A stretch of DNA of 64,000 bases from Takakia lepidozioides (Eukaryota; Plantae; Bryophyta). Below the pieces are notes generated by a model. The model searched no databases. It saw only the letters and a list, made by a program, of their open reading frames with translations, and had not been told where the DNA came from. Position 1 is the first letter of the stretch. Each line of letters begins with the position of its first letter. The stretch is taken from positions 72,106,001-72,170,000 of the forward strand of contig CM060731.1 of assembly GCA_030704615.1 (NCBI GenBank), read 5' to 3'. A program made the position numbers and the translations under genes. Of the stretch, positions 1 to 13,199 are shown piece by piece.

Positions 1-802
1 TCATTGCTGGCCTCAGGGTCCTCAGACACTTGATCTACAGTCATCCCTGTTGCAGGTCCAACCTGGCCTTCCCCTGCCAAGATACACAGAAATGCAGATG
101 CATGCCATCCGGGCACCATCTCCTCGTCCGTCTCACCATGCCACCGAGCTCCAGTGTCATCCTGTTGGCTCGTGCATGGATTGCGACTCAACCCATCTGC
201 ATTGCGATTGACCAAACCCGGTCGATGCACCATCTGAAAGTCATACTCTTGAAGGATGAGTGCCCACCGTGCAAGCTTCCCCGTAAGCTTGTCTGACTCC
301 ATCAACCTTTGAGTGGTTGGTGATCCGTGACAAGGGTGAAGAGATTGCCGTATAGACAGCACCTGAAGTGTGCCACGGCCCACACTGCAGCTAAGCATTC
401 TCCCTCATATGAGCTATACTTAGACTCTGCAGCGTTGTTCAAACGGCTAGCATAAGCCACTACGAACTCTCTTCCCTCATCATCCACCTGTGTGAGCACC
501 GCTCCAAGCCCCAGCATGCTCCAATCTGTATGCAGCTGAAAAGAACGCCCCCTGATAGGTCGTCTCAAGATGGGCGCCGAAGTCAACCTCGCCTTGAGCT
601 CTTGAAAAGCTTGTTCTTGCTCATCTTCCCACTGCCACTCCTGGTCCACCTTGGTCAGCTTGGTTAGAGCCTTTGCAATGGCACTACATCCTTTAACAAA
701 CCGTCTGTAATAGTTTGCTAACCCCATGAAAGCTCGAACTCGGCTCACATCCGTGGGGCATGGAACCTGTGCAATGGACTCTACCTTAGTCTGCTGTACC
801 CC
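1..802 (-). mobile_element. Ty3/Gypsy pol fragment (RT thumb/connection + RNase H)
   Basis: ORF 302-748 has RAFMGLANYYRRFV, FQLHTDWS..GLGAVL, AYASR, YSSYEGECLA and FTLVTDHQPL. After a frameshift it continues as KLARWALILQEYDF..HRPG..NADGLSRNP. Confidence 0.92.
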
Positions 803-3140
803 AGAAACTCAAAGAGGAAAATGAAACAGTGCGAAGAAACACGCGCGAAGAGAATGGAGTCCACAGGGAACATGAGAAGAAATTAGAAGTAGAAGGGGGA
901 AAGTGGGCATGGCACTACCGACGTGGCGCGATTTCACAAGCGCCAACTATCCGCCGTCATCGCATTGAATACGTCCACCGAACGAACGCATCGTACTAAA
1001 TTCATCCACGGTTCTCGCACGTGCGGCAGACTCATTTCCCATTGGGCCGAGAGTCCAGCGGACCGCCAGTCCAGCGGACCGACTGCACAGCAGACCGACG
1101 GCCCAGTGGGCCGACTGTGTAACGACAAAAGAATTAGAGGCGAAGAGCGGACTGACGACGTGGCACAAGATCACTGGCGCCTGGTTGCCGCAGTACTGGC
1201 ATTTACTCAGTCCAGAAGACTACCACGTGTTCAGAAGGACGGTCCACCACACCCACACCGAAAGGACTAACTAAACGGAGGACTGATAAAGTAACTCCCA
1301 ACAGACACATCGCAAGAGACGGAACCCCAGCAGACTGGTAGATAAGCGACATATGGAATGCAGTGGTGGGTCGGCAGACCTACTGCGAGCAGACTCGTGG
1401 CAGGACTGAGTGACAAATTGATGGGCAGACTGACTGACATGATCCATACAACACGATTGTGGAGCAAACGGACAGTTCAGCGGGCGGACTGACGACCAAA
1501 GAGACTGAGAGGAGAACATGAAAGTCGACCAGACTAGCAAACTCACTGGCTGCACAACAGACTGATATAGTGACAGTCCAACAGACTGCTATCCATGAAA
1601 AAAAAACTCTACTTCAACAGACCGACAAGAGAAGAAGGCAAAATACTGGAAGGACATTTGATTGAGGGGATTGATGGGAAAACAAGAAAGTGGAAGAGAC
1701 ACACTTCCAATAGACTTCCGGCACAACAGACAGAGAAAATGAGGAGTCCCACAGACTGATTTCACAACAGACAGACTTCCAGCAGACTGTAAGTTCAACA
1801 GACTAACGATAAAACTGATTGAGGCGAAGCGGCTTCATATTGGAGGTACTTCCCTGCCAGCGGACAAACTGCGAAGAGACTAGCAGTCTGTTCGTCTGGT
1901 ACTTTGTCAGTCTACTAGACGAACAGACTGATATCCATTGGGGAACGATTGTCGAACACACCTCCGGTTCAGCAGACTAGTTTGCAAAGAAGCGGGCGGA
2001 ATGAAGACAAAAGAGAGTAAGGGGAGAATAGGAAAGTCGAACACACCCATTGTGAACAGACTCGCGGCACAACAGACTGATGCATGCACAGTCCAACAGA
2101 CTGATATCCATAGAGGAGAACTGTCTAGCAGACAGACGTTTCGCCAGACTGGCGGGAGAACAAGCCAAAAGACTAACCGGAGGGAAAATAAAAAGTCGAA
2201 CAGACTTAATACAACAGACTGACAAATTCACAAGTGCGACAGACTGATATCCCAACAGACGGACTTCCAACAGACCGCCTCCAAACTGACTGTTATGCAC
2301 GCGATAAGGGGAATATCCGGAGCATTGACGGGCCAGCGGACCCACTGCGAACAGACTCGCAGCACAACGGACCTCAAACATCCATGCGCATTTGCGGATG
2401 CAATTATCTCAGCCTGGTCCGTCTCCTGGCAAATGCGACAATGTACCGATTCTGTACCTACTCCCGTTGTGGCTCAGACATCTGCATTCAGCAGGTGCGT
2501 GTGGATGTTTGAGGACCTTAGGACTGGATGGTGTTCCGTGACGACTCGTATTGCTTTTTTGTGTTGCCATCCCTTATATAATACCATGTGGATCCATCAT
2601 AAAGCTGGGTTTCTTCAGATTCTCTACTCTTTTCCACAACTTATGCACGACGGATGCAAGCCGCTATACTTGGTCACATAATAGTCCCATCGTCCGATAT
2701 GAAATCTACAATACAGGCCCCCATGTGCATACACTTCCGCCATTTTCGCGCCCATATTATCCATGGGTTCCTTTAACGAACTAAACTTGTGAAGGCTCTC
2801 ATGAGGAAAAGCAGTACGAAGGGGTTAAACGTATCATGACGGATCACAAGCAGAGGATGTTATCGAGGACTGATGTCCGCATTTTCCATATTTATGACAT
2901 AGAACCACACCATAAAACGAAGGTTCCCGAAAGCACAACAAGAAGGCAAAAATAGTGGAAGCATATGACGATGATGGCTGTAGTGCCGAGACAGTCCTCT
3001 CATGTTCAAGCACACGCTTCATCATCATCATGAACATCGCGCGCAATAGAGGAACAGTCGCATGCATGGAAACGCCTACCGCAACATCGGGCAACAAAGA
3101 GCCGTCAAAAGAGAGAGGTCGGGATTTGGTGGCAAGATCA
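803..3140. mobile_element. Degenerate element saturated with CAGACT motifs (probably MULE-related, like 40.1-45.8 kb)
   Basis: Dozens of CAGACT/CGGACT hexamers between 1040 and 2370, the same motif as at 22.5-23.0 kb and 41-45.7 kb. No transposase is visible here. Confidence 0.45.
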
Positions 3141-3524
3141 TTGCCATTTTCGCAGCCCTAAAAATGGAGGGCTCGGATGGGTAATGGGAACGAACGGTAG
3201 AGATCCTGCGCCGTTAGCGGACTGGATGGAGGGGACTGGCCAGCGGACTCGCGGACTGGCAGACTGGAGGGCAGTGGACTCATGGGCGGGGGACAGACCG
3301 CGCGGCGGATGGGGGCGCAGGCGCAGGCGCTGCTGGTGGGGCGCGGTTGCTGCAGCCGCGCCCGCGGCTGGGCGACCGCGCGCAACGGCGGGCGGGGCGG
3401 GCGGGGTGGAGGGAGCCGGGCGTCCGTGCGCGGGGCCCATCGGCCACCGCGCACGTGCCCATTGAAGACGCTATTATCTTAAAATGAGAGGCCTTAATAG
3501 GCTCATGGTAAAGTCTATAAACTT

Positions 3525-4070
3525 TTAATTCTCATCATAACCGGTTAAAATGCATTTAAGATTTTTATCGTCTATTTTGGTTCTGGTTTTATTTAGAATG
3601 TGTATATAGGCTTCATTGCCAAAAATGAGAAGATGAGAAACTGTTGGCTTTCGGCCACTCCATTTCTTTTCAGTTTTGTAGCAAACGATTTTGAAAATAT
3701 GTAACTGTGGCAACAGCTTCAGCCCAAAATGTCTTTAAAACCCTAGCAATTCAATGTGTGTTTTATACAAGAGTGCGGCTTTTTCTTTCCGCAATTTCAT
3801 TTGGTTGTGGTATATTTTGGCAGTCATTTGTCGTGAAATACCATCATCTCTACAATAATTTTTAAACTCATTAGAAATATACTACCCGCATCATATGTAC
3901 GGAAAGTTTAAGCTTCTTGGATGTATATACTTCAGCAAAGGTTATAAATATTTTAAATACTCAAAACTTTCAGTCTTTAATTTGAGAAAATAGATTTTTG
4001 TACTCCATCTCAATGCATCACTATAATGTAAAAAATAAATGTACCCACGATGTCAGGGGACTAACAAGGG
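3525..4070 (-). mobile_element. Ty1/Copia integrase fragment
   Basis: KWSGRKPTVSHLLIFGNEAYIHI..RTKIDDK..KCILTGY is the typical Copia integrase C-terminal region. Upstream degenerate sequence fits the integrase core. Confidence 0.8.
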
Positions 4071-5557
4071 ACCACAGATATATATATAAATTATTTCTAA
4101 AATTTGTTTAGCCTCTATGTCCATCATGTAAAGGAAATTGATTTCTAGTCTAGCTAGTAGGGCTTCAATGCCCTGGATACTCAACTGAAGATCATGTATT
4201 ACATGAAGGCAATTGACGACGGGGCTCTCTTGTGATACATATTCTTGCTCATTTAGCTCTTTTGCAACAGCTTCATCATGTTACTCTTGGACCTTTGAGA
4301 AGGCGAGCTGCAAAACTGTCATTTCATTTTCAAAGAATGGAGAGGGACATAATGCATTTTCTTTCAAAGGGACTAGCAGCTTCAGCCCTCCACCCAACCA
4401 CTCCACAAGTTTTGTCTCCAAACCAATAGGAAGCTCTGAAAAATGAAGAATGTGCAAAAGTCACATCCAACCCACGAAGTAGTCCTAATACAAAGTATGT
4501 GAAATTGCAGATAGATGCATGCAATAGAAAATGAAGGGTTAGTAATTTCTTGAAAACTTATTTCTCAAAGTGACAGATTTCTCCACGACTAAAAGACAGC
4601 CAAGTATGCATACTGAAACAAACAATGTCACTCTTGCTAATACCACAAAGAAGAACTCCATACAATTCTCTTTCTTGGCAAGAGCGAGTTGATATGCATG
4701 CTTAATAGTCATGTACGCTGGCCCAAATCGTCCCTTGTGCATTTTTAGAGATTGTTTTATAACGGTCATGGAGGCTCTGGGAAACTCAACATTTAACTGG
4801 TGATTACACCAGTCCTTATACCGTTGTGTTGCTCCTTGAACCAGAAGTAACTATGAATAGTCAAAATGGACAAGACAAGTTTCCAAGCTGATACCATCTC
4901 TGAAGGTAGGGTGTCCAGCTTAAACGGATCCACTTGCTCTCCAGCATCATCAGGCCTACTTCCTTTGGACAAGCTTGATGCGCCTTGCAGCATCTCTCTC
5001 CATGCGCCTGTGGCGGGGCCCAAGTACCGCAGAGAGGGTTGTGAAGTGTGGTAGCGCCCCTAGTCCCGAGGGTCCGCTAAGGAATTCCAAAAATGCCTTA
5101 AAAATTATATGAAATGGTGAAATGGAGGCCGAGTGCGGCCTCAGCTAACGTAATAAGTATTCAGGGCACAGTCCTCGCCGGGCTGCGCTTCTTGCTGGCT
5201 TCAATGCGGCCCCAGCCCCCCATTATGGAGGGTTGCCACATGTGTCATGTCCACGCATCTCGTGCCACGTCAACCTATGGTCTCGCCATACACTTCCATG
5301 ATTATGGTGAAACCAACGGGGGGTCGCCATCCACTACTTTAATGATGCCAGTGTCACATGGTGGCTTGAACAAGCCCTAATGTTAAAATGAAAAAACAAA
5401 ATGACAGGAAGAGGCTAGGTATAATTTAACGAAGGGCCTTTCTTCTCTCCATTGATACACTAGGCGGGAGGCCTCACAACATGCAGCATGCTATAGGGTG
5501 AGACTATGGAGCTGCATTGTGTGGCCACCTTGGAATAGCTATCCGAAAAAATATTGT

Positions 5558-6868
5558 ATACTATATGTTATTTCATGTCACACATCATTGATGAATAGTA
5601 CTGTTGCTCAAACTTTTGAATCATGTTCAAACCATTTAGTTATGCATTTAAACCGAAAAGAACGATGATGGGTGAAATGCCATAAATTATGTGTAAATTG
5701 TTTTACGTTTCTTAGGCGCTATTTGTACGCATTCAACATCACCCATAGATTTTAAGTTCTTATACATAACATTGGATGCAATATATAGTAGTGGATAATG
5801 TAGTTGTTCATTCTATTGACCAATTTAGGGATGTGATTAATTTTTTTTAAGAATGAACAAACACAGTCGAGAGATGAGCTATCTAAAAGTCATGGGTATG
5901 CTGCAACTATTGCTAGTACAGGCATACAAATACATATTCAAATAAATCCACAGCGGCAGAAGATAAAAAAGTAACATTTTGTAATAGCGGTGATAGTAGT
6001 ATTGCAATAAATATTTGGTTTGGAGTTGTGGCAAAGTCTGCCTAACATGACATGACATCATGAATATCTATCAGTATCGCCTCTATTAGCATTAGTTGTA
6101 GCATACCCACGACTTTTAGATAGCGCTAGCCTGCCCATCTTCTAGTCATAGGTCCACTCATTCATTTATAAGGTGCACTTTGAAAACATGAATATGCTTG
6201 ACTTCTAACAATCTGACCTTGCATTGTATCCAAAATATTTCGTATGTAGATAAGGTAAATGTTGTCGACTTTGAGATTTAATCAACAAGCAAACAATCTT
6301 CTGCCAATGTGCCACTCCCATCGAAAACCACCAGCGATGTTGTTGTCCTTTGAGTTGTAGTTGTATAGTCAGCCTAAACCTAAGTGTCCTTTATATTTTC
6401 ATGTAATCAGTATGCTTAATGCTCGCTTTAGAATCTTTTGGGACATCACTATATGAATATCAATAGTATCAGGTAGAACAATTTTTCGTAAAGATTTTTG
6501 GCAGATAAAGATCCACTAGCGATTGTACATTTTGCTACAACGTAATTTGCATCTCTCGACTGTGTTTGTTCATTCTTAGAAAAATTAATCACATCCTAAA
6601 TTGATCAATAAAATGAACAACTACATTATTCACTACTATACATTGCATATTCCAACATTTTATATAAGAATTTAAATTTACATGTGATGTTGAATGCGTA
6701 TAAATAGGACAAGTTTGTAGCCTAAGAGATGTCAAACAATCTACACATAATTTATGGCATTTCATCCGCCATAGTTCTTTTTGGCACAACTACGTTTTTC
6801 CAACACAATTCAAAAAATTCAGCAATAATACTATTAATCAATGACTTGTAAATGGAATAACATATAGT
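5558..6868. repeat. Long inverted repeat (~320-bp arms at 5558-5877 and 6550-6868), foldback/MITE-like, with an inner inverted repeat at 5878-6124
   Basis: aagaatgaacaaacacagtcgagagatg pairs with catctctcgactgtgtttgttcattctt. Inner pair: gctatctaaaagtcatgggtatgct / agcatacccacgacttttagatagc. Confidence 0.8.
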
Positions 6869-7751
6869 AGCTACGTACTAGATTGCAACAACCTACCATT
6901 CTTGGATTTTCATACTTGAGTATAATCGCTTGAACAGTACCTTCCATTCAATAATTAGACAAAAAACCTCTTTCGCTTCCCTAAAGCTTCATTTTCATCT
7001 GAATTTGCTTCACCATCAACCATTGTCTTCTTTCGTTTGTTGACCAAATTGCTTCACAGAAAAGATTGTAATTTCATATGAACTAGCAAGAACTTCAATA
7101 GGCAAAAAAGTACTATTATTGATGTACCAAAAAAAAAAAAAAAAAAAAAAGGTGGACGCGTTGCAAGCAAGCGTAACTTATGGTGTCACTTGAAAATATT
7201 ATTGATGTATAATGAATCCTTGTTTTGACAACTAACAATGAAACTCACATGAAAGCCATGGAACCTAGAATCTAATATATGTAGCAACCATATTCATCTG
7301 ACAATCTAATTATATACACATGAACTTATTAATAGTATTAATATAATCATCTATTAATTATAGAGGTTCAGCTCGATTCAGTTTGTGTACCTTTATTTAT
7401 CATATATTTCTATTTTGAACATATCTCCATTTTATTTATAACATGTGCTAGACCATTCATAGGTGTACACCCTATTTAAACATGTCTCACATATATATAT
7501 AAGGGCCTTCATTTAAAATGAGTACAAGGAGAGGCTGGGTTGACGAGTTGGACAGAAAACGCGATCAATCCGCGATAGAACCCCAACAGTCTGTAACTAA
7601 AGTAGAATGTGTTGTTGGCCCATGAGTGAAGAATTGAAATCTAAGACCAAATGAAATTTCTATGTATTCAAGTGCGTATCCTCTGTTAAGAACTATCTAA
7701 GCCTAAATGCAATCTCATATATATCCAAGTGCGCCTCCCATGTGGACTAGG

Positions 7752-8115
7752 CCCAAGTGCGACCTCCAATGTCATTCCAACACCTAATTTTGTAATTTAG
7801 TTGAATTTTCAGCGACCAAAATTGTTCATATTTCCGTAATCCTCGGCCCATAGGTCCAAATTTTGCGAAACCAAGTCGGTGCACCCATACTCATCGATAG
7901 CTTTCCAATGGTGCCAAAATCGTGGCCTCCATATAAGCTCAAGTGCAACCTCTAGTGTCCTTCCAACACTTGATTTTTAAATTTAGTTGAAATTTTCAAC
8001 AACCAAAATTGTTTATAATTCCATAAGTCTCGGCCCGTAGGTCCAAATTTTGTGAAACCAAGTTGTGCACCCCTACTCATCGAGGGCTTTCCAACGGTAC
8101 TAAAATCGTGGCCAA
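7752..8115 (+). repeat. Tandem duplication of a ~185-bp unit
   Basis: caagtgc..cct...ttccaacac...ggccc.taggtccaaattttg.gaaaccaagt..gtgcaccc.tactcatcga occurs twice head-to-tail. Confidence 0.85.
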
Positions 8116-9929
8116 AGGCTCCACGGTTTGGGAGATCTCAACGACATTACAAACAATATTGTGAATTGTGTCAATATTTAAAATATATCCTTCTACGGTG
8201 GATGCAACAATTCATGCTCAAAACCTCCTTTTTTTTTTTAGGCAAAATGGACTAGAAAATGGGCACACGTTTCTGAATGTCCATCCTCTTGGGCAAAGAT
8301 ATATATATATATACATGAGGGGACGTATGGAGAAAGGATCGTGCTGCAAAGATAAGTGGTTTCCTATAGAAATTGGTAAATAAGATTCTTCTAGACTCTC
8401 AAGCTCACTTTCTGATAGCTCGGTTCCTTGCAATTCTTGTCACACATGCAAGTTCCTGAAACCATAGTTCCTGAAGCATTGCTTTCTCACCTGCCCCATA
8501 GCTTCCAGAACTTGGAGCTTTGTGCTTTCTTTCTACTCTTCATAGAAGATTCTGACAGTGACTAACAGTCATCCAATTCTGCTTCTTTATTTCTCAGCTG
8601 GTGACTTATGGTTTATCTGCCCAGTCTAGGCAGCGATTATGGCTTACACGTTATGAAACATTTGGAAATCAAGATGTTCTCTCATCGTTGACGGCAAACC
8701 GATTAGTGTAAGAGCTATTCTGTTTAAGGTTCACTCAAACTTGCTGTCTGAGGCCCATAAGGCGTGGCGGGTACTAGGGGAAGCTTTTTGCAGGTCTGAT
8801 CAAAGACGGAGGGCTCAATTGCTCATACAATTTGACATCACTTGGGGTAAGCTGGGATCTGTCAGCTGCTCGAGATGCTGATGCCTGAAGTAAATTGGAG
8901 GCACAGTAGGTCGCTTAGGAAAATGAGATCTAGAACTGATCTTTCCTTCAAGCCTTACAAAAGGAAGCGATGCAGCTATTAGACTTCTGGTCCCCTTCAT
9001 CTCTACAACTCTTTGCATTATCATGCTTGGTCACATAGCATTGTCTTCCTGCTATTGCTGCAACTATTATTTTTTTCTAGTCCTTTTTATCTTTGCAATC
9101 TCCTGCTTTATCATTTTTGGTCACGAAGCATTGTCTTCCTGGATCAGCCCCTTAGGGCATCTCCACGGTGCCACGACACTTGCCCAAAAACGGCAATTGA
9201 TCTACCGGCGCGGGGTCCAAAAAAGTGGCGCAGCTTGCTCCATGGTTGGCTCAGCCCGGTAGATTTGTTGCCAGCCCCACCTTAAATCTGCCTCCAGCCC
9301 GGCACTTTGGCCAATCATACTGGGACCCCACCAACCACTGTACATTAAATTCGTAAGTTCACGAGATATTATGTTCCTCGACAACGCGCCAAGATTGTGA
9401 TCCAACGGCAGGGCTGCCTCGGGGTGTCTCTCTACAGTTTCTTCTACCGTGCCAACCGTGGAGTGTCCGGCAACCAGTCCTTGTAAAAAATACCGTCACC
9501 CCTGTAACCAGGGTATAATAGAGTTGATCGCAGTGCTCACCGTGAGATGCTCTAAGAGCATCTCCACCGATGGGGGTACACCAAACAACCCTGCAACGGT
9601 AACCTCCTACGGCCTCCAACACTCCCCTCCCCCAGTGGCAAACCCATCAAACTACCTTGCACATGTCTTTTTAGGCTGACGTGCCTTGCTCCGGAGGAAC
9701 CACCTGAACTGACGCCGCCTTACCCTCGCACCATAAATGCAGGCAGTCCATTTTTTAGTCTCTCAGCCAGGGGGTACCGGCCAGGTCTGGTGGGCCTCTA
9801 TCCTGCACGAAAGTACGGGCCCCGGGGGCGCGGATACCAGGGCCGGGGGCTTCTTTGCCGTTGTAGGGAATCAGGGCCCGAATGAAACTACTCTACATAT
9901 TATTCGCACCTATTTAACAAAAAGAAAAA

Positions 9930-10705
9930 TGGTCCGACCACCCCTTTGCTGGTGGTTGCCCCTAAAAAAAAAATTGTGCGACCACCACCCTGCTGGTGGT
10001 CGCAGATTTTTATTTTTTTCTTTTCTTTTCTTTTCTTTTGGGAAACACCTGGGAGCGACAGCTCACAAATCAGGCCCCTTAGTAGTGAGAGGAGAAAATA
10101 ACCTCTTTCATTTATGCGCCAAGAGGCGTAGGAATGGGGCACCACACATGAACCATACCACACCTATCAAGTAGCAAGATTTGACCCTAGAATCGTCTGG
10201 GTCGCACTCAGTGCACTTAACCAACTGAGCTACTGACTGTTGGTAGATATTAAAAAATCGGAAAATTATGCGACCACCCCCCTGCTGGTGGTCGCATCTA
10301 TTAAAGAAAAGGAAAATAGTGCGACCACCAGCAGGTGGTGGTCGCACCTATTTGTTTTAAACAAAATTTCTGCGACCACCCCCCTGCTGGTGGTCGCGCC
10401 TATTAAAAAAAAGAAAAATTCTGCGACCACCGTGGTCGCACCTATTAAAAATAAAAAAATCTGCGACCACCCCTCTGCTGGTGGTCGCACCTATTAAAAA
10501 AAATTAAAAAAATTAAAATTCTGCGACCACCCCTCTGCTGGTGGTCGTACCTATTAAAAAAATAAAAATTCTGCGACCACCCCCCTGCTGGTGGTCGTAC
10601 CTATTAAAAAAAAAAAAAAATTTGCGACCACCCCCCTGCTGGTGGTCGCACATAATAAAGAAAAGTAAAATTGATGCGACCACCCCCTACTGGCGGTCGC
10701 AGCTA
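9930..10705. repeat. Array A: ~11 palindromes TGCGACCACC-N7/8-GGTGGTCGCA with A-rich spacers, ~51-bp period
   Basis: Read directly from the sequence. A SINE interrupts the array at 10010-10240. Confidence 0.92.
10010..10240 (-). mobile_element. tRNA-derived SINE
   Basis: Minus strand: A-box TAGCTCAGTTGG, B-box-like GGGTCAAATC, body ggcgcataaatgaaagagg..ttttctcc..aaggggcctga (shared with 47905-48120) and an A-rich tail. Confidence 0.7.
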
Positions 10706-11127
10706 TTACTAGCGTGCGCAGTCATGATGACAGCGCACGCACCGAGTGTGGAGGGGGGGCTTATGAGGCCTTGGAGGCCATTCTCTCCCTCACTTTTCTC
10801 CACACCAGGACTTGGTGGGCGATGAGATGTTGCATTCCTTGTCATTGAGTCCAAGTGGAGAGGGGTGCTATTGGTTGGGTGGGGGTATTTTGGGCCGTTG
10901 GTTTCTACGAAATCGATGCTGAGTACCTCCCGGGAAGCCCTCCTCTGGCACCCACGTTTTTTTCATTGCACATTGCATCATATCACTTAGAACTGCGGAG
11001 GGAGTGACACGTGCCTCTAGTACTTGGAGAGGATTCATTAGGGAGTAGGATTAGGTACGATTTAGAAGGGTTGGGAGAGCATTTTTCTTAGCAAACACCT
11101 GTCAAGTAGGGGTAAGCCAGAGCCTTA

Positions 11128-12200
11128 AATGGCGGAGGAGGAAGACAAATGAGATCATCCCAGGGATGACGATAATGAACCTGGACCTCAAAAAAAAAAC
11201 CCAAAAGGCAGGCGAACTTCGTTGGGACATATACAATGACCCCAACATTCTTGCGGAACCAGGTTGGGAAGTTTGGAAGTTGGGGCAACGGTGGTCGCTT
11301 GGTGACTGCAGGAAATTTGTGGACTGGTGTCACATAAATCGTTTTTGTCCCAGAGATAGGCATGATCCACAAACCAAACAAAATCAAGTTAACTTGCATT
11401 CCTGCGCCAACCCACATTTCCGCCACAGGGCAGAGGAAGTACATACAACATTGTGGGGTCAACCGCTCGTCAACAACAAGGCCCTGTATTTATTTGCGGC
11501 CATGTTATACACAGAGTTGATTTTATTGCGACCAGTGGATTGACAAACTGCCACTGCGAGACAACGTACTAGACTATACATGTTCTCTGATATCCCAGAC
11601 TTGTATATACGTCAGGGGCAGGACATCATACGGTTGGATGGAAACAACGAGGTGGAAGAAGGAGGAAAGACAAACCAACCTCCAGATTATATGTCGCAAC
11701 AGGTCTCCGCAACAGGGCTTCAACGTCTGAGGTGGAGGAGGGCGAGGTACGCTCTCCGTTGGAGGAACAGTTGGCCGCACATGAACAGCACATCAAGGAC
11801 CTGCAGGACATTGTTCATTTGCAACAATGGCAAATAACGAAGTTGCTGGAAAGAATGGGGTTGGGGACTCTCAACAGCGTACGCGGTGTGCTTCAGGTCC
11901 CGAGGCCAATCACCAACGAGCAAGACATATTGGCGCGTTTGAATATGCCACCAATGGACATTGACCGCGTCATCGACGGGGTTGACTCAATCGTGCATGG
12001 GAATGAAGTGCAAACGCCTGAACTGGACCCAGCGAGGGTGGAGGAAGAAAAACTTGCGGCGGAGAGGGCAAGAAAAGGGAAGGACCCCATAGTAGAAACT
12101 GGGGAATGTTCAGCCATGCAAATTACATCGGCCCATGGGAAAAGAGAAACCGGCTGCATGAGCCGAATGAGACGATTGCAAGAAGCTACAGTGCATGAAT
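11128..12200 (+). pseudogene. Degenerate unknown ORF (cargo of the palindrome-array element), with a coiled-coil/acidic C-terminal half
   Basis: ORFs 11166-11543, 11580-11837 and 11732-12451 chain through stops and frameshifts. They lie just downstream of array A and its leader. Confidence 0.5.
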
Positions 12201-13199
12201 CTACATTGCGGTGTATGCCAATGACACTGTGTATATCCTCGCTCACCTCGATCCATGATCACCATGACATCGTGCTCATCCGAGAGGGCATAGAAGGCCA
12301 GTCAATGTGTACCATAGGGAGTAATCGTGGAGCAACGGGTACTTCTTGCCAACAGATTGGAGCCTCTTATTGCAATTTGCAAGGCACCAAAAGTAGGCCA
12401 CAGGCTCCTTGTGGATGCCACTCTGATCCAACCAGTGGAGCACGACGATGATAGTTTTTTTTGCGCAGGCATTTCTGTCCTGGTACACGTTCTTGGGTTG
12501 CCTTCTGCTTTTTGACTTGAAGATCGAATGCGCGATTCCAAGCGCAACGGTGCTCCATGATTTCATCCAGAATTGGCTGGTTTCGCAGACGCTTCTGCTC
12601 GACTTCACGGTAGTGAGAGGCCCGTTTCCACACCTGCGATTGAGGAGGCATTCCTGCACACTTTGAAATGCTTTGCCAAGATAGAGAGTCTACTGGAGTG
12701 CAAAGCAAGCAGATGAAGGAAGCAGATGACATTCGGTAATGCGCGGGAACCACCTTGTCTGCCAAAGTGGACAATGGACAATGGACAAGTCGCACGTAGG
12801 GAAATCATGCCTGTGCCTTTTTCAGCACATCGGTGGTGACTTGGCATTAGAGGCTGGTCTCACGGTGCATTTTCCACGTCGTATGGTCCATTCCACACTT
12901 CGTAATTAACATGCAGGAATTATGGTGTTGGTGAGATATGTAACTAGTTTTATTTTATTTTATTTTATTTTATTTATTTTTAATAAATAAATGAAACAGG
13001 GAGGCTGTGGCATGGGACTTTATATGGGGAAAAAAATAAAACCCCCATGAACGCCATGAGAGTCACACACTGTAGTGCGACCACCTCTTTGTCTTTCCGA
13101 GGCCAGATTTTTGAAGTTCGTGATTTATTCTGTTTGCAGCAGAGTACTAACTAAACCCATAGACCACAATCAGTGGAAATAATTGTATGTTCCCATTTC

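Noticed and set aside
3138-3482. Overlapping GC-rich ORFs as genes
   Set aside because: They are open in many frames only because of extreme GC content, and no domain is recognisable.
8440-9020. Possible L1 LINE remnant
   Set aside because: No diagnostic RT or endonuclease motif could be read.
10172-10238. Functional tRNA gene
   Set aside because: The acceptor and anticodon stems and the B-box are degenerate, and it is followed by a SINE body and tail.
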